Assembly: GCF_004010195.1 (NCBI RefSeq)
Contig: NC_057711.1
Coordinates: forward strand, 80,934,420-80,998,419
Origin: Chiloscyllium plagiosum
Taxonomy: Eukaryota
Length of the DNA: 64,000 nucleotides
Direction: 5' to 3'
Under the pieces are notes generated by a model, which was not told where the DNA came from, made no database searches, and saw only the letters and a program-made list of their open reading frames with translations. The position numbers were made by a program, and so were the translations under genes. Below are positions 12,216 through 25,100 of this stretch, piece by piece; the stretch's first letter is position 1; each line of letters opens with the position of its first letter.

Positions 12216-13255
12216 ATTAGAGTCATTGAATCATACAGCAAGGAAACAGACTCTTCGGCACAACCAGTCCACACTGACCATAATCCCAAAGTATAGAAGT
12301 CCCACCTGCCTGCGCTTGGCCCATATCCCTTCAAACATTCATTAAACATGTGCTTATTTATATGTCTTTTAAACATTATAACTGTATCCACATCCTCCAC
12401 TTCTTCTGGAAGTTCATTCCACATACAAACCACTCTTTGTGTAAAAATAACTGCCTCTCATGTCTTTTTAAAATCTTTCTCCTCTCACCTTAAAAATAGG
12501 CCCCGTTGTCTTGAAATCCCCAAACTTAGGTAAAGACACCTGACATTCACCTCATCTATACCTCTCATTATTTTATAAACCTCAATAAGGTCATCTCTCA
12601 ACCTCCTACGCTTGAGTGAAAAAAAGTCCCTCTCCCTATCAACCGTCTCTTCATAACTCCAAGTTTTTAGTGGGTGGCACGGTGGCACAGTGGTTAGCAC
12701 TGCTGCCTCACAGCGCCTGAGATCCGGGTTCAATTCCCGCCTCAGGCGACTGACTGTGTGGAGTTTGCACGTTCTCCCCGTGTCTGCGTGGGTTTCCTCC
12801 GGGTGCTCCGGTTTCCTCCCACAGTGAATTGGCCATGCTAAATTGCCCGTAGTGTTAGGTAAGGGGTAAATGTAGGGGCATGGGTGGGTTGCGCATCGGC
12901 GGGTCAGTGTGGACTTGTTGGGCCGAAGGGCCTGTTTCCACGCTGTAATGTAATCTAATCTAACTCAAACCACCCATTCCCAGCAACATCCTGGTAAATC
13001 TCTTCTGAACCCTCTCCAGCTTAATAACATCCTTCTGATAACAGAGTGACCAGAACTGGACACAGTACTCCAGAGGAGGCCTCACCAATGTCCTGTATAT
13101 TCTCAACGTAATGTCCCAACTCCTACATTCAAAGATGTGAGCAATGAAGGCAACATGCTAAATGCCTTGTTAACCACCTTATCTATATGTGATGCAAACT
13201 AAAGAATTGTGTACTCAAACCCTTAGGACTCTCTGTTCCGCAACACTGCCCAAGA
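12216..13255 (-). mobile_element. CR1 LINE 3' fragment interrupted by HE1
   Basis: FFSLKRRRLRDDLIEVYKIMRG; VCMWNELPEEV. Confidence 0.9.
12671..12960 (+). mobile_element. Young HE1 SINE with a ~21-nt internal deletion
   Basis: Near-identical to 26660-26982 but lacks ccaaagatgtgcaggttaggt; TSD taactc. Confidence 0.95.
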
Positions 13256-13933
13256 TCTCTTTAAATAATTTACTTACTTGGTTAAGATTTACTTGTGTAA
13301 GGAGGAGTAGGTAAAGAAATTAAGATTTCAAGAGATATGGGAGCATGTCAATCTTTGGTGGTGAGGGATTGAAGGAATAATAAATAAAAGTCCAGCACAA
13401 GAATAAAGAAAAAACAAAGTTCTCGATTTTTTTGTTCTTCATCCCCATTCCGTGCCAGCACCTAGCCTCCACACTGCACCGGGCCAAATCTCCAGACCAC
13501 ATTGAGCTTCAAAACTCAAGGCCTCACCTTCAATCCACGAAGGCCTTGCCTCCCTGCTAAGGCTTCCATTCTGGAACTCGCCTCCTGCATGGAGGAGTCA
13601 CCTCCTCCTTTCCCCTCCGAGTAGGTTTGAGTAAGTTAAAAAGTTAAGTTTAAAACAAATCATTCAAAGAAAGAGAAAAAAAGATGCGGAAAAGAAAATG
13701 AAAGTGAGGAACAGAGGAGCTCTGGCTGAAGCATCTGACTCTGCCTCCATCTTGGACAAACTTCTGACTCAGATGACTAAATGATAGCATCACCTAGTGG
13801 TGTGGTGGTACACATTTAAAATGTCACAGAGAGATTTTGCCATAGGATTGGCACTGCAAATTGTAGGGCACATTTTCATAATGCCAGGGACATGCTGGAG
13901 GTGAAATGCCTTTCATTAACCTGGTGAGAAGAC

Positions 13934-14026
13934 ACCTGAAGAAGGGCTTATGCCCGAAACGTCGATTCTCCTGTTCCTTGGATGCTGCCTGACCTGCTGC
14001 GCTTTTCCAGCAACACATTTTCAGCT
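13934..14026 (+). mobile_element. 93-bp Penelope pLTR mini-insertion containing a hammerhead
   Basis: Perfect 13-bp TSD ctggtgagaagac (13921-13933, 14027-14039). Confidence 0.9.
13936..13967 (+). ncRNA. Minimal type-I hammerhead ribozyme motif (intact core)
   Basis: CTGAAGA-A-GGGC-ttat-GCCC-GAAA-C-GTC: conserved core, stem II hairpin, palindromic ACGT stem III, GUC site. Confidence 0.75.
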
Positions 14027-14229
14027 CTGGTGAGAAGACGACCAAGATTCAGGATCTCAACATAGCAGCCAATCACAGATAGTGAGGTGGGTATGGAACC
14101 TATAATGAATGAATAAAGGATGAAGGAGTTAAACATTCCTGCACCAAGTGCAGGCCTTTAATGCCACTGGAAGCTCCTGATCAAGCGGAGTCCTCAAAGC
14201 TGAGTTGAAGAAGTAGTAGTTTTATGTAA

Positions 14230-14830
14230 CTCATGTCTTGCTAGCAGGTTTTTCAGTCAATGTGGAACAACGAGCATTTCCTGTACAACTGGAAAGCTCA
14301 GGGATGTAGGTTGACACTTTGCCACTTTGCTCCAGCCGGCTCCACCTCTCTTGTACATCAGCAGACTTCATTGCTTGTGCAGGATAGATGTCGTCAGGGA
14401 TAAGAACTGCCCAAATGTGACGGAGGAGGTAATGGAGGCACTCAGCTGTAGTTTTATCCCCTTGGAGGAGTAAGGATAGGCCCACCGATGCTCAGCTCTA
14501 TGTAAGTGCTGAGCCTTGGATGTGATCAACAATTTGGCAGGTGCTCCAGCCATAGCATTGAATGAGTTTCCAGAGTCGCTGTACTCACAGAGACAAACAA
14601 TGGCAAAACATCTCCCTCCCTCTTAGAAAAACAATTTCTCTGGCATGTGAACACATGACATCCACCAGTTGGAGAGTTGCAACATCACGGATTGCCACAT
14701 GGAACATTGAATGCTGTGGGGATGCCGGGACTTCTGAAGAATTGACTTCATCCTTGGAGTTTACAGAGAATTTCTGATGAATCTTCTGTGCCCATTCTGG
14801 CCCATTAGTGCTGGCCATGGGATGTACAAC
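14230..14830 (-). mobile_element. Possible highly decayed RTE-type LINE coding remnant
   Basis: Minus-strand peptides (LLQGDKTTAECLHYLLRHIWAVLIPDD) loosely resemble the pre-RT region of RTE ORF2. Confidence 0.3.
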
Positions 14831-15034
14831 TGATTACTGTTTGGCAGACTGAATAACCACAGTCTTGATCTTGAACAATGGATAAAAGCGTATTGTTCAA
14901 AGTATCCATTACATTAAGCTCATTGTCTTTCCAGAATTGCCTTAGAAGCTGATATTCCTGGTGTCACGATGCTCCAGTTTAATAATCTCCAATTTACTCT
15001 GCACATTTGTCTCTTTTCTCATTATTATCACATA

Positions 15035-15490
15035 GTTAGAAACAAAGAAAATAGAAGCAGGAGTATGCCATTCGGTCCTCAGGCCTGCTGTCATTCAATA
15101 TGATCTTGGCTGACCATCTAATCCTATTCTCACTTTCTCCCCACACCCTTTGATCCCATTAGCCCTAAGAACTATATCTGTCTACTTCTTAAAAACATTC
15201 AATGTTTTGGCTACAACCACTTTCTGAGGCAGAGAATTGCACAGGCTCTCTACTCTCCAGGTTAAAATATTTCTCCTCATCTTAATCCTAAGTGGCTTAT
15301 CCTCTTTCTTTAGATTGTGACGCCTGGTTCAGGTCTCCCCAGTCATTGGAAATACGGCTTTTACCCTGTTTAGTCCTGCTAGGATTTCATAGGTTTCTAA
15401 ACTCTAGCGAATACAGTCCTAACCAATTCAAACATCAGTCCAGCTATCCCAGGAATCAGTCGGATAAACTGTCCTTGTAGTCCCTCCAAT
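15035..15490 (-). mobile_element. Older CR1 3' fragment
   Basis: CR1 3' UTR (gaagcaggagta..gccattcgg) and ggcagagaatt..cacagg (WNSLP) region. Confidence 0.8.
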
Positions 15491-17239
15491 TTCTGGGAAG
15501 CAGTGCAGACTAGTGGAAAGGATCATGGCATGACAGACTGCCACTTGAATGGTCCTTCCTTTACATAACCATCTTTTTAGCAGCTGATGTGTGGTAGAAG
15601 TGTTTTCTGGGAACCACAACTCATATGCAAAGGCAAGGGTTACTGGCAATTATCAGATATTAGCTTCCTGCTTGACAGTGACCCACAATACTGAGCCAGA
15701 GCTGTACTCTCCACTTATTAGAACTGTCTGGAGTAGTGTTTATAAACTGCAGCATATACACTGAGATGAAAATCTACCACTGTACCACGGGGCTCGTTTT
15801 GTTCTGCAGCTTATGGGGAAGTTACAATATGTTGCAGGTGTGGGTTGTAGAATCCTCAGAAATTATATTTTTATTGGTTCTATTATTTTAGTGGATATGT
15901 TAGTAAATCAGGAGGTACATCTCTCTCACACTCAAGTGACTATGATCAAGACATTCTTGAGGACACAATTGTGCAGGTTCATTGCTCTTAGCTTTGTATA
16001 GATATGCCAGTGGTTAATTGCTTTGGGCTGGCTCAGCACTACACTCCAAATCAGCAAGCATACATGCAAAACTGGCTACGATTCAATTTGACACATTATT
16101 AGTAATGATTATTGTCACAGATAAATTAGATTGAACAGAAAATAACCTTCATCCTCAGTGAATTTTAGCTCTCAGAATTAATGTGATTTGGTGAACACAT
16201 ATAAATAAAAAATTGATGAGTCCCCAGTGACTGCTAGCCATGTTGGTTCTGAAGTATATTAATTTTATGCAGATGATGAATTCCTTAAGCATTCCATGAT
16301 AATCATGCTTGATTTGACGAGACTTTCTCATGCTATTTTAAGGCTTTAATTTTCTGTGAAGTTCTGTCAAGTGCTCATCAAGCACCCACTTATCTGCCTA
16401 TATTACCTTGGCAGTCAAATGCGGGGTTGCATAACAGCAGTGGAACAAAGTGTGAGCTGATTAATATTCAAATCATGTGACCTTAAGACGAAAAGCCAAT
16501 CATTGACTGATTAGCATTGGGTCACATGATGCCCAAGGAGAGTAAATGAGTTACACAGTAAGACATCAAAATAATTTCCATCTTGAAAGAGTGATTGCCT
16601 TTTCTGCTGCTGTGATGTTTGTCAAATTCACTCTAGTCATGTCCAATTAAGCCACATGAGCTGAATTAATAATTAAAGGATGTATTTCTTGCCAATATGC
16701 ATGCAATAAATTGCATTACCGAATATGAATAGTGCTGAAATGATTGAAAAATCACATCTGGAACGTAACCATAACTGTATTTAACATTCAGTTTTCTTTT
16801 ATTTCTCTGAGAACAAAGTGTGAATTACAGCTTGCAATGAAGCAACACATTTCCTTGCACATAAAAAGTGAAAATTATTCTTTGTGGAAACACATTTTAA
16901 TTGCTACAAGTATGAAGAATAAACAGACATTCCCTTGTTACACGAACATATATTAATTTGAATGGTGTCAATATACTGTAAATTATCAACCCTTCTATTT
17001 TTTGCACAGTAGTTGAATAAATTAAAAATAAGATAGTAGACTGATTCTCTGAAATGAACGCACTGTCAGTCTTCAAGTTTGCAAATTTTACTAATAAGCC
17101 GTTGTCTGTCTTTCACTGCCACTTACACATTAACTTCAGCCTCACTCAATCATGTACTGGTACCACCACTTTAAGATCATGAACTAACTGGGATAAGCTG
17201 TAGACTTATCACTGAAAACAGTAGTAAATGAAACATAAT

Positions 17240-18105
17240 TATAGAGTCATAGAGATGTACAGCATGGAAACAGACCCTTCGGTCCAACCCGACCATGCCG
17301 ACCAGATAGCCCAATCCAATCTAGTCCCACCTGCCAAAACCTGGCCCATATCCCTCCAAACCCTTCCTATTCAAATACCCATCCAAATGCATCTTAAATG
17401 TTGCAATTGTACCAGCCTTCAGCACATCCTCTGGCAGCTCATTCCATATATGTACCACCCTCTGCGTGAAAAGGTTGCCCCTTAGGTCTCTTTTATATCT
17501 TTCCCCTCTCAGCCTAAACCTATGCCGTCTAGTTCTGGACTCCCCGACTCCAGGGAAAAGGCTTTGCCTATTTATCCTATCCATGCCCCTCATAATTTTG
17601 TAAACCTCTATAAGGTCACCCNNNNNNNNNNNNNNNNNNNNNNNNNNNNNNNNNNNNNNNNNNNNNNNNNNNNNNNNNNNNNNNNNNNNNNNNNNNNNNN
17701 NNNNNNNNNNNNNNNNNNNNNNNNNNNNNNNNNNNNNNNNNNNNNNNNNNNNNNNNNNNNNNNNNNNNNNNNNNNNNNNNNNNNNNNNNNNNNNNNNNNN
17801 NNNNNNNNNNNNNNNNNNNNNNNNNNNNNNNNNNNNNNNNNNNCCCATCTGGTCCAGATCCTGTTGTAATCTGAGGTAACTCTCTTCGCTGTCCATTACA
17901 CCTCCAATTTTGGTGTCATCTGCAAACTTACTAACTGTACCTCTTATGCTCACATCCAAATCATTTATGTAAATGACAAAAAGTAGAGGGCCCAGCACCG
18001 ATTCTTGTGGCACTCCACTGGTCACAGACCTCTAGTCTGAAAAACAACTCTCCACCACCACCCTCTGTCTTCTACCTTTGAGCCAGTTCTGTATCCAAAT
18101 GGCTA
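17240..18105 (-). mobile_element. CR1 LINE 3' ~0.9 kb, spanning the assembly gap
   Basis: [34 protein letters not shown] and C-terminal motifs. Confidence 0.95.
17622..17843. other. Assembly gap (222 N)
   Basis: Run of n. Confidence 1.
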
Positions 18106-19379
18106 ATTGATTAAATGGACCAGGAACAGGAAGGTGTGAGATACAAGTTGAATGGAGCACAGAGTTTTTTTATTTCCAGCCATCAACAGTTGAATTATTT
18201 TCAACATCCACTGCTTTTTATTGGTAATTTAGTTTGAATTGCAATTTTCTGTGCTGCAATTATAAAGTGACTGCAATATTCTATAATTGAAATAAAATTT
18301 TGATGATAGACATAACCCTATGTGACCCATTGTTATTTGACATTATTAATACTATATCCAATTTACAGAGTAACTCATAGAGATATGGAGCAGGTTAAAT
18401 CCAGACTCAGAAATGGTATATATAAATGATATAGAAATGTGGTACATTCATGGTAATCTACCTTAGTGAGAAGAGACATTGAAAAAGTGATAGATAAAGC
18501 CTGAAAATTCAAAGAGATGATTTTATACTCTGTACAACTCCAAAGTCATTCATTATGTACCACTGTAGGAGTAAAGAGGCAACGTTATTAATAAAATATT
18601 TTTAATTATGAAATATAGGAAGCTTAGAAGTTCAATTGTGTCTTCTGGTCATATATTAATTGTGCTTTTATATGACAGCAATGCTGATGTTCGAAATACA
18701 TTCTATTATGAAAATTACAATCATTACTAACCAACACACACAAAGATAGCAATGTCCATTGCCTGAAGGGCAGTTAATTAAGTGTCAGCTCACTCCTCCC
18801 CATTTCAAGGCTTTAAACCTGTAGCTGCTGATCAAAAAAGACAGCACAAAATGCTAAAAATAAGCAAACATTGTGCAGGTGTTAACATATTAGCATAGAA
18901 AGAAGATTGACTGGCTAACAGGAAGCAGAGATTAGACACAAATTAATAATTTCCTGGTTGGCAAAATATATGCAGTGGGAGACAGAGATTAATATTGGGG
19001 TCACAACTTTTAATAATTTATATAAGTGATTCGGATGAAGGGATCGAAGATATGTCTGGCAATTGTTTTTGTTAAGCAATATGAACTTATGAGCTATAAT
19101 CAGAATCATTGATTTGCAAACAGTTGGTCACAAGAGATACATTTTTCAATGTCATGCAGTTGAAAATGCAGGGCTAACTTTCAGCTGATAGAAACAGGTG
19201 AATTTGGGTTTGATGAGTGCATGTGTTCTGAAATCTGTTTTCTAATATGATCCCATATCCAACTCATTTATTTCTGGTTTTTACTGATGTTACAAGGTGG
19301 CCCATTACAGCTGTAAAACTGAGAATAAGGCCATGGCATGTCTTAATTTTCCACCAGCAGAATCCATCTGCTCCTGGCC

Positions 19380-20540
19380 AGATTTCCTGAATCTCAAGAA
19401 ACCCAAGTGCTACCATAAAATGAGGTGAGAGCGACCTCAAGGCAACATTCAACTGAGAGTGGCCTCGAGTTGCTTTATTCATTTCCGTGTTGTATGCTTT
19501 TATGAACCTGCATGGAGCTCTAGCAATACAGGAGAGAATGGGAATCAACAAAAAAGCTCTTTGCTGGTTGGAATCATACCAGATGGAAAGGAAGATGGTC
19601 ATGGTTATTGGAAATCAGTTCATATCAGTTCCAGGACCTCTCCGCAGGATTACCTCAAGGTAGTGTCCTAGGCCAAACCATCTTCAACTGCTTTATCAAT
19701 GACCTACCCTCCATCATAAGGTCAACAGTTGGGATATTTGCTGATGATTGCATAATGTTCAGCACTATTTGTGACTGATATTGAGGCAGCCCATGTTCAA
19801 ATGCAACAACAACAAGATCCAGGCTCAGGCTGAACAGTAGGAACTAACATTTCTACTTTCTAACATCTTTTGCAAGCCGTACAATGACCATCTCCAATAA
19901 GGAACAATTCAACCATTGCTCCTTGACATTCAATGGCATGACTATCATTGAATCCCCTTCAATCAGTATCTTGAGGGTCACCATTGACCAGAAACTGAAC
20001 TGCACTAATTACCTTAATACAGGAGCTACAAGAGCAGGTCAAAGGCTAAAAATACTGCAGTAGGTAATCCCTCCTGATTCCCCAAATCCTGTCCACCATG
20101 TACAAGGCACAAGTTAATATTTTGATGGAATACCCACCATTTGTCTGCATGAATGTAGCTCCAACAAAACTCAAGAAGCTTGGGACAAAGCTGCCTGTTT
20201 GAATGGCACTACATTCATGAACATTCTTTCACTACCAACTTTCTGTAGTAGCAGTGAGTACTGTCTATAAAATACACTGCAGAAATTCACCTAGACTCCT
20301 AGGACTGCACCTTTCATACCGAAGAACACTACCATCTAGAAGGATAAGGGCAGCAGATACATGCAACACCACCACCTGCAAGTTTTCCACCAAGCCACTC
20401 ACTATCCTGAATTGAAAATGTTTTGTTATTCCTATAGTGTTGCTGGGTCAAAAGCCTGGAACTCCCTCCTGTAATGGCATTGAGGGTCGAGCTACAGTGT
20501 ATGATTGCAGCCGCTCAGGAGGGCAAGGATAGGATAAGTA
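19380..20540 (+). mobile_element. Second CR1-group LINE family, decayed RT and 3' end
   Basis: GLPQGSVLGQTIFNCFINDLP..GIFADDC; 3' part homologous to 62270-62880. Confidence 0.8.
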
Positions 20541-20649
20541 ATGACATAAATGTAAATTTTTTAAGAATATAAATGTAATGGACAAAGTAAACAAGCCCAA
20601 AAGGGGCAATTTCCCTGGTGCTGATTGGTTAATCTATACCTTTGAAATG

Positions 20650-21170
20650 CATTAATTTTTTTCTATTCATTTATGAAATGTGGACATTGCTGGCCTAGAC
20701 AGCATGTGTTCTCCATGCTAACTAACCTTGAGAAGGTGATGGTGAGCTCCTATCGTGAATTGCCGCAGACTTTAGTGTATAGATACATCTCAATAGTCTC
20801 TCAAGGCCTCAGCATCCCTTGCTTAGGAAGAGAATTTCAAAATTTATGACTTTGCAACAGTGAAAGAATGGCAAAATTTTCAAAGTGAAGATGGTGGGTG
20901 ACCTGAAGGATACATTCCAGGTGTTTGTGCTTCCATATGTCTGGTGCCTTAGCCCTTATAGGTAGTAGAAGTCAGAAGTTTGTTAGAGGTCAGAAGGTGC
21001 TGTTAAGTGCATCATGTACATGGTATATACTGCTGTCACTGTGCATTTGTGTTGCAAGGAATGAATGTTTAAAGAGGTAGACACGGTGCCAATCAAGTGG
21101 GCTGCTGTGCCCTGGATGGTATCAAGCTGCTTGACTGTTGTTGGAATTGTAGCCTCTAGGCAAGTGGAGA
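20650..21170 (-). mobile_element. Second LINE family 3' fragment
   Basis: Reverse-complement similarity to 62400-62890. Confidence 0.7.
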
Positions 21171-21354
21171 GAATTTCTTGGCCAATTCACTTAACCTGCA
21201 CATCTTTGAACTGTGGGAGGAAACTGGAGCAAACCCATGCAGACACGGGGAGAATGTGCAAACTCCACACAGACAGTCGCCCAAGGCTGGGATTGAACCC
21301 GGGTCCCTTGCACTGTGAGGCAGCAGTGCTGACCACTAAGCCACTGCACCACCC
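21171..21354 (-). mobile_element. HE1 SINE (partial)
   Basis: HE1 head and core in reverse orientation. Confidence 0.9.
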
Positions 21355-21479
21355 AAAAATTGTCTTTTTTTTCACACTTCACATTTACATTAATAATTTG
21401 GACAAATTAGACTAAGGGTCTGTTTCTGTGCTGTACATCTCTATGATTCTATTCCCCGTGGCTGTGAGCTCCTCAGCAG

Positions 21480-22190
21480 TCTCCAGTTAATGTAATTTCT
21501 GAATTAGTAGATTACACGAAATTGATGGGGCAGTCAATGATGAGGAGGACTGCGAAAAATTACAGGATAACATTGATGAATTTGTAGAATGGGTAAACAA
21601 ATTTCTAATAACTTTCCAGAAAGATGAATGTGAGTTAGAATGCTTTTGTAGGGAAACTCGGGAAGTACTTACTCTTTGGAAGGTGCTGGTCTAGATCAGA
21701 TAGAGGAACAAAAGGATCTTCGAGAGCAATGACGAAATGTCGTAACTCATGTTAGCAAGACCAGTAAAAATAAAGCACACCAAGCACTAGGTTTTATTTC
21801 CAGAAGGATGGAATTGAAAAGAAGAGAAGTTATGATAAATCTGGAAAGAACTCTAGTGAGACTATACTTAAATTATTGTGTGCAGTTCTGATCGGCAGAT
21901 GAGCAAGGGATGCTGAGGCCTTGAGAGACTATTGAGATGATTTACAAGGCTGATACCAGAAATATGTGGCTGAATGTGTCAGGAATGGATTGACAAGCTG
22001 GTCTCTTCCCTCTTGGAAAAAGGTGAGGAATGACTAGTAGAGGTCTTCAAAATTATGAAAGCTTTCTCTTGTAAGGAAGAGAAAATCAATGGTCATGAAT
22101 ACAAGATTGTCATAAAAAGTCCAGCTGGGAATTCAAACTAAACCTCTTTAACTGGAGACTAATGTGGATGAGGAGCTCGCAGCCACAGGG
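21480..22190 (+). mobile_element. Very old CR1 RT/3' fragment
   Basis: Decayed DDTK..EEDCEKLQDNID.., ..RTLVRL.L.YCVQF motifs. Confidence 0.65.
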
Positions 22191-22194
22191 AATA

Positions 22195-25100
22195 GAGCTA
22201 TAGAGATGTACAGCACGGAAACAGACCCTTTGTCCAATTTGTCTATGCCGACCAGATATCCCAACATAATCTAGTCCCACCTGCCAGTACCCGGCCCATA
22301 TCCCTCTAAACCCTTCCTATTCATATACCCATCCGGATACCTTTTAAATATTGCAATTGTACTAGCCTCCACCACTTCCTCTGGCACCTCATTCCATACA
22401 CGCAACACCCTCTGCATGAAAGAGTTGCCTCTTAGGTCCCTTTTATGTCTTTCCCCTCTCACCCTAAACCTATGCCCTCTCGATCTGGACTCCCCCGCCC
22501 CAGGGAAAAGACTTTGTCTATTTATCCTATCCATGCCCTTCATGATTTTATAAACCTCTATAATGCCATCCCTCAGCCTCTGATGTTCCAGGGAAAACAG
22601 TCCCAGCCTATTCAACCCCTACTTGTGCTTAAATCCTCCAACCCTGACAACATCCTTGGAAATCTTTTCTGAACCCTTTCAAGTTTCACAACATCTTTTC
22701 GATAGGAAGGAGACCAGAATTGCATGCAATATTCCAACAGTGACCTAACTAACATCCTGTACAGCCTCAACATGACCTCCTAACTCCTGTACTCAATACT
22801 CTGACCAATAAAGGAAAGCATACCAAATGCCTTCTTCACTTTCCTATCGATCTGCCACTCTACTTTCAAGGAGCTATGAACCTGCACTCCAAGGTCTCTT
22901 TGTTCAGCAACACTCCCTCGGACTTTACCTTACTCTGATTTGCTTTCCCAAAATGTAACACCTCACATTTATCTAAATTAAACTCCATCTGCCACTCCTC
23001 AGGCCATTGGCCCATCTGATCAGAATCCCATTGTAATCCGAGGTAACCTTTTATGCTGTCCACTACACCTCCAAATTTAGTGTCATCTGCAAACTTACTC
23101 ACTATACTTCCTATGTTTACATCCAAATCATTTATATAAATAAGAAAAAGTAGTGGACCCAGCACCAATCCTTGTGACACTCCACTGGTCACAGGTCTCC
23201 AGTCTGAAAAGCAACCCTCGACCACCACCCTCTGTCTTCTACATTTGAGTCAGTTCTGTATCCAAATGGCTATATCTCTCTGTATTCCATGAGATCTAAC
23301 CTTGTTAACCAGTCTCCCATGGGCAACCTTGTCAAACTAAAGTCCATATAGATCACGTCCACCGCTCTGCCCTCATCAATCCTCTTTGTTACTTCTTTAA
23401 AAAACTCAATCAAGTTCATGAGACATGATTTCCCACACACAAAGCCATGTTGACTATCCCTAATCCATCCTTGCCTTTCCAAATACGTTTAAATCCTGTC
23501 CCTCAGGTTTCCCTCCAACAACTTGCCCACCACTGATATCAGCTCACCGGTCCTTATCACCTTTCTGAAATAGTGGCACCACATTAGACAACCTCCAGTC
23601 TTCTGGCACCTCACCTGTGAGTGTTGATGATACAAATATCTCAGCAAGGGGCCCAGCAATCACTTCCCTAGCTTCCCACAGAGTTCTAGGGTACACTTGA
23701 TTGGGTCCTGGGGGTTTATCCACCTTTATGCATTTCAAGACGTCCAGCACGTCCTCCTCTGTAATATGGATATTTTTCAAGATGTCACCATCTATTTCTC
23801 TACATTCTATATCTTCCATGTCCTTCTCCACAGTAAACACTGATGCAAAATGGGGAGGTCGTGCCTGACTAACCTGTCAGAATTCTTTGAAGAGGCGACA
23901 AGTAGGTTAGACCAGGGAAACCCAGTGGATGTGGTCTACCTAGACTTCCAAAAGACCTTTGATAAGGTGCCACACGGGAGGCAGTTGAGTAAGGTGAGGG
24001 CCCATGGTGTTCGAGGTGAGCTACTGGTATGGATTGAGGATTGGCTGTCTGACAGAAGGCAGAGAGTTGGGATAAAAGGTTCTTTTTTGGAATGGCAGCC
24101 GGTGACAAGCAGTGTCCCGCAGGGTTCAGTGTTGGAGCCGTAGCTGTTCACATTATGTATTAATGATCTGGATGAAGGGACTGGGGGCATTCAAGCGAAG
24201 TTTGCCGATGATACAAAGTTAAGTGGACAGTCAGGAAGTACTGAGGAAGTGGGGAGGCTGCAGAAGGATCTAGACAGTTTGGGAGAGTGGTCCAGGAAAT
24301 GGCTGATGAAATTCAACATGAGCAAATGCGAGATCTTGCACTTTGGAAAAAAGAATACAAGCATGGACTACTTTCTAAACGGTGAGAAAATTCATAAAGC
24401 CAAAGTACAAAGGAATCTGGGAGTGCTAGTTGAGGATTCTCTAAAGGTAAACATGCAGATTGAATCTGTGATTAAGAAAGCGAATGCAATGTTGTCATTT
24501 ATCTCAAGAGGGTTGGAATATAAAAGCATCGATGTGTTACTGAGTCTTTATAAAGGTCTGGTTAGGCCCCATTTGGAGTACTCTGTCCAGCTTTGGTCCC
24601 CACACCTCAGGAAGGACATACTGGCACTGGAGCGTGTCCAGCGGAGATTCACACGGATGATCCCTGGAATGGCAGGTCTAACACACGAGGAACGGCTGAG
24701 GATCCTGGGATTGTATTCATTGGAGTTTAGAAGGTTAAGGGGTGATCTAATAGAAACTTACAAGATAATACATGGCTTGGAAAAGGTGGACACTAAGAAA
24801 TTGTTTTCGTTCGGCGAGGAGACTAGGACCCGTGGGCACAGCCTTAGAATTAGAGGAGGTAAATTCAGAACAGAAATGTGGAGACATTTCTTCAGCCAGA
24901 GAAATGTGGAATTCATTGCCGCGGAGTAGTGGAGGCCAGGACGCTAAATGGCTTCAAGGCCGAGATTGATAAATTATTGATGTCACAAGGAATTAAGGGC
25001 TACGGGGAGAATGCTGGTAAGTGGAGTTAAAATGCCTATCAGCCATGATTAAATGGCGGAGTGGACTCGATGGACCGAATGGCCTTACTTCCACTCCTAT

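Larger units (their letters stand above)
12086..13757 (-). mobile_element. Non-autonomous retroposon related to 7199-8527, interrupted by a CR1 and a SINE
   Basis: Head tccaagatggaggcagagtcagatgcttcagccagagct; tail cctaagatgg..ttttcactgcac..gacaataaagct(aattc)n. Confidence 0.65.

Noticed and set aside
17321..18025. 234-aa ORF
   Set aside because: CR1 RT fragment read through an N gap
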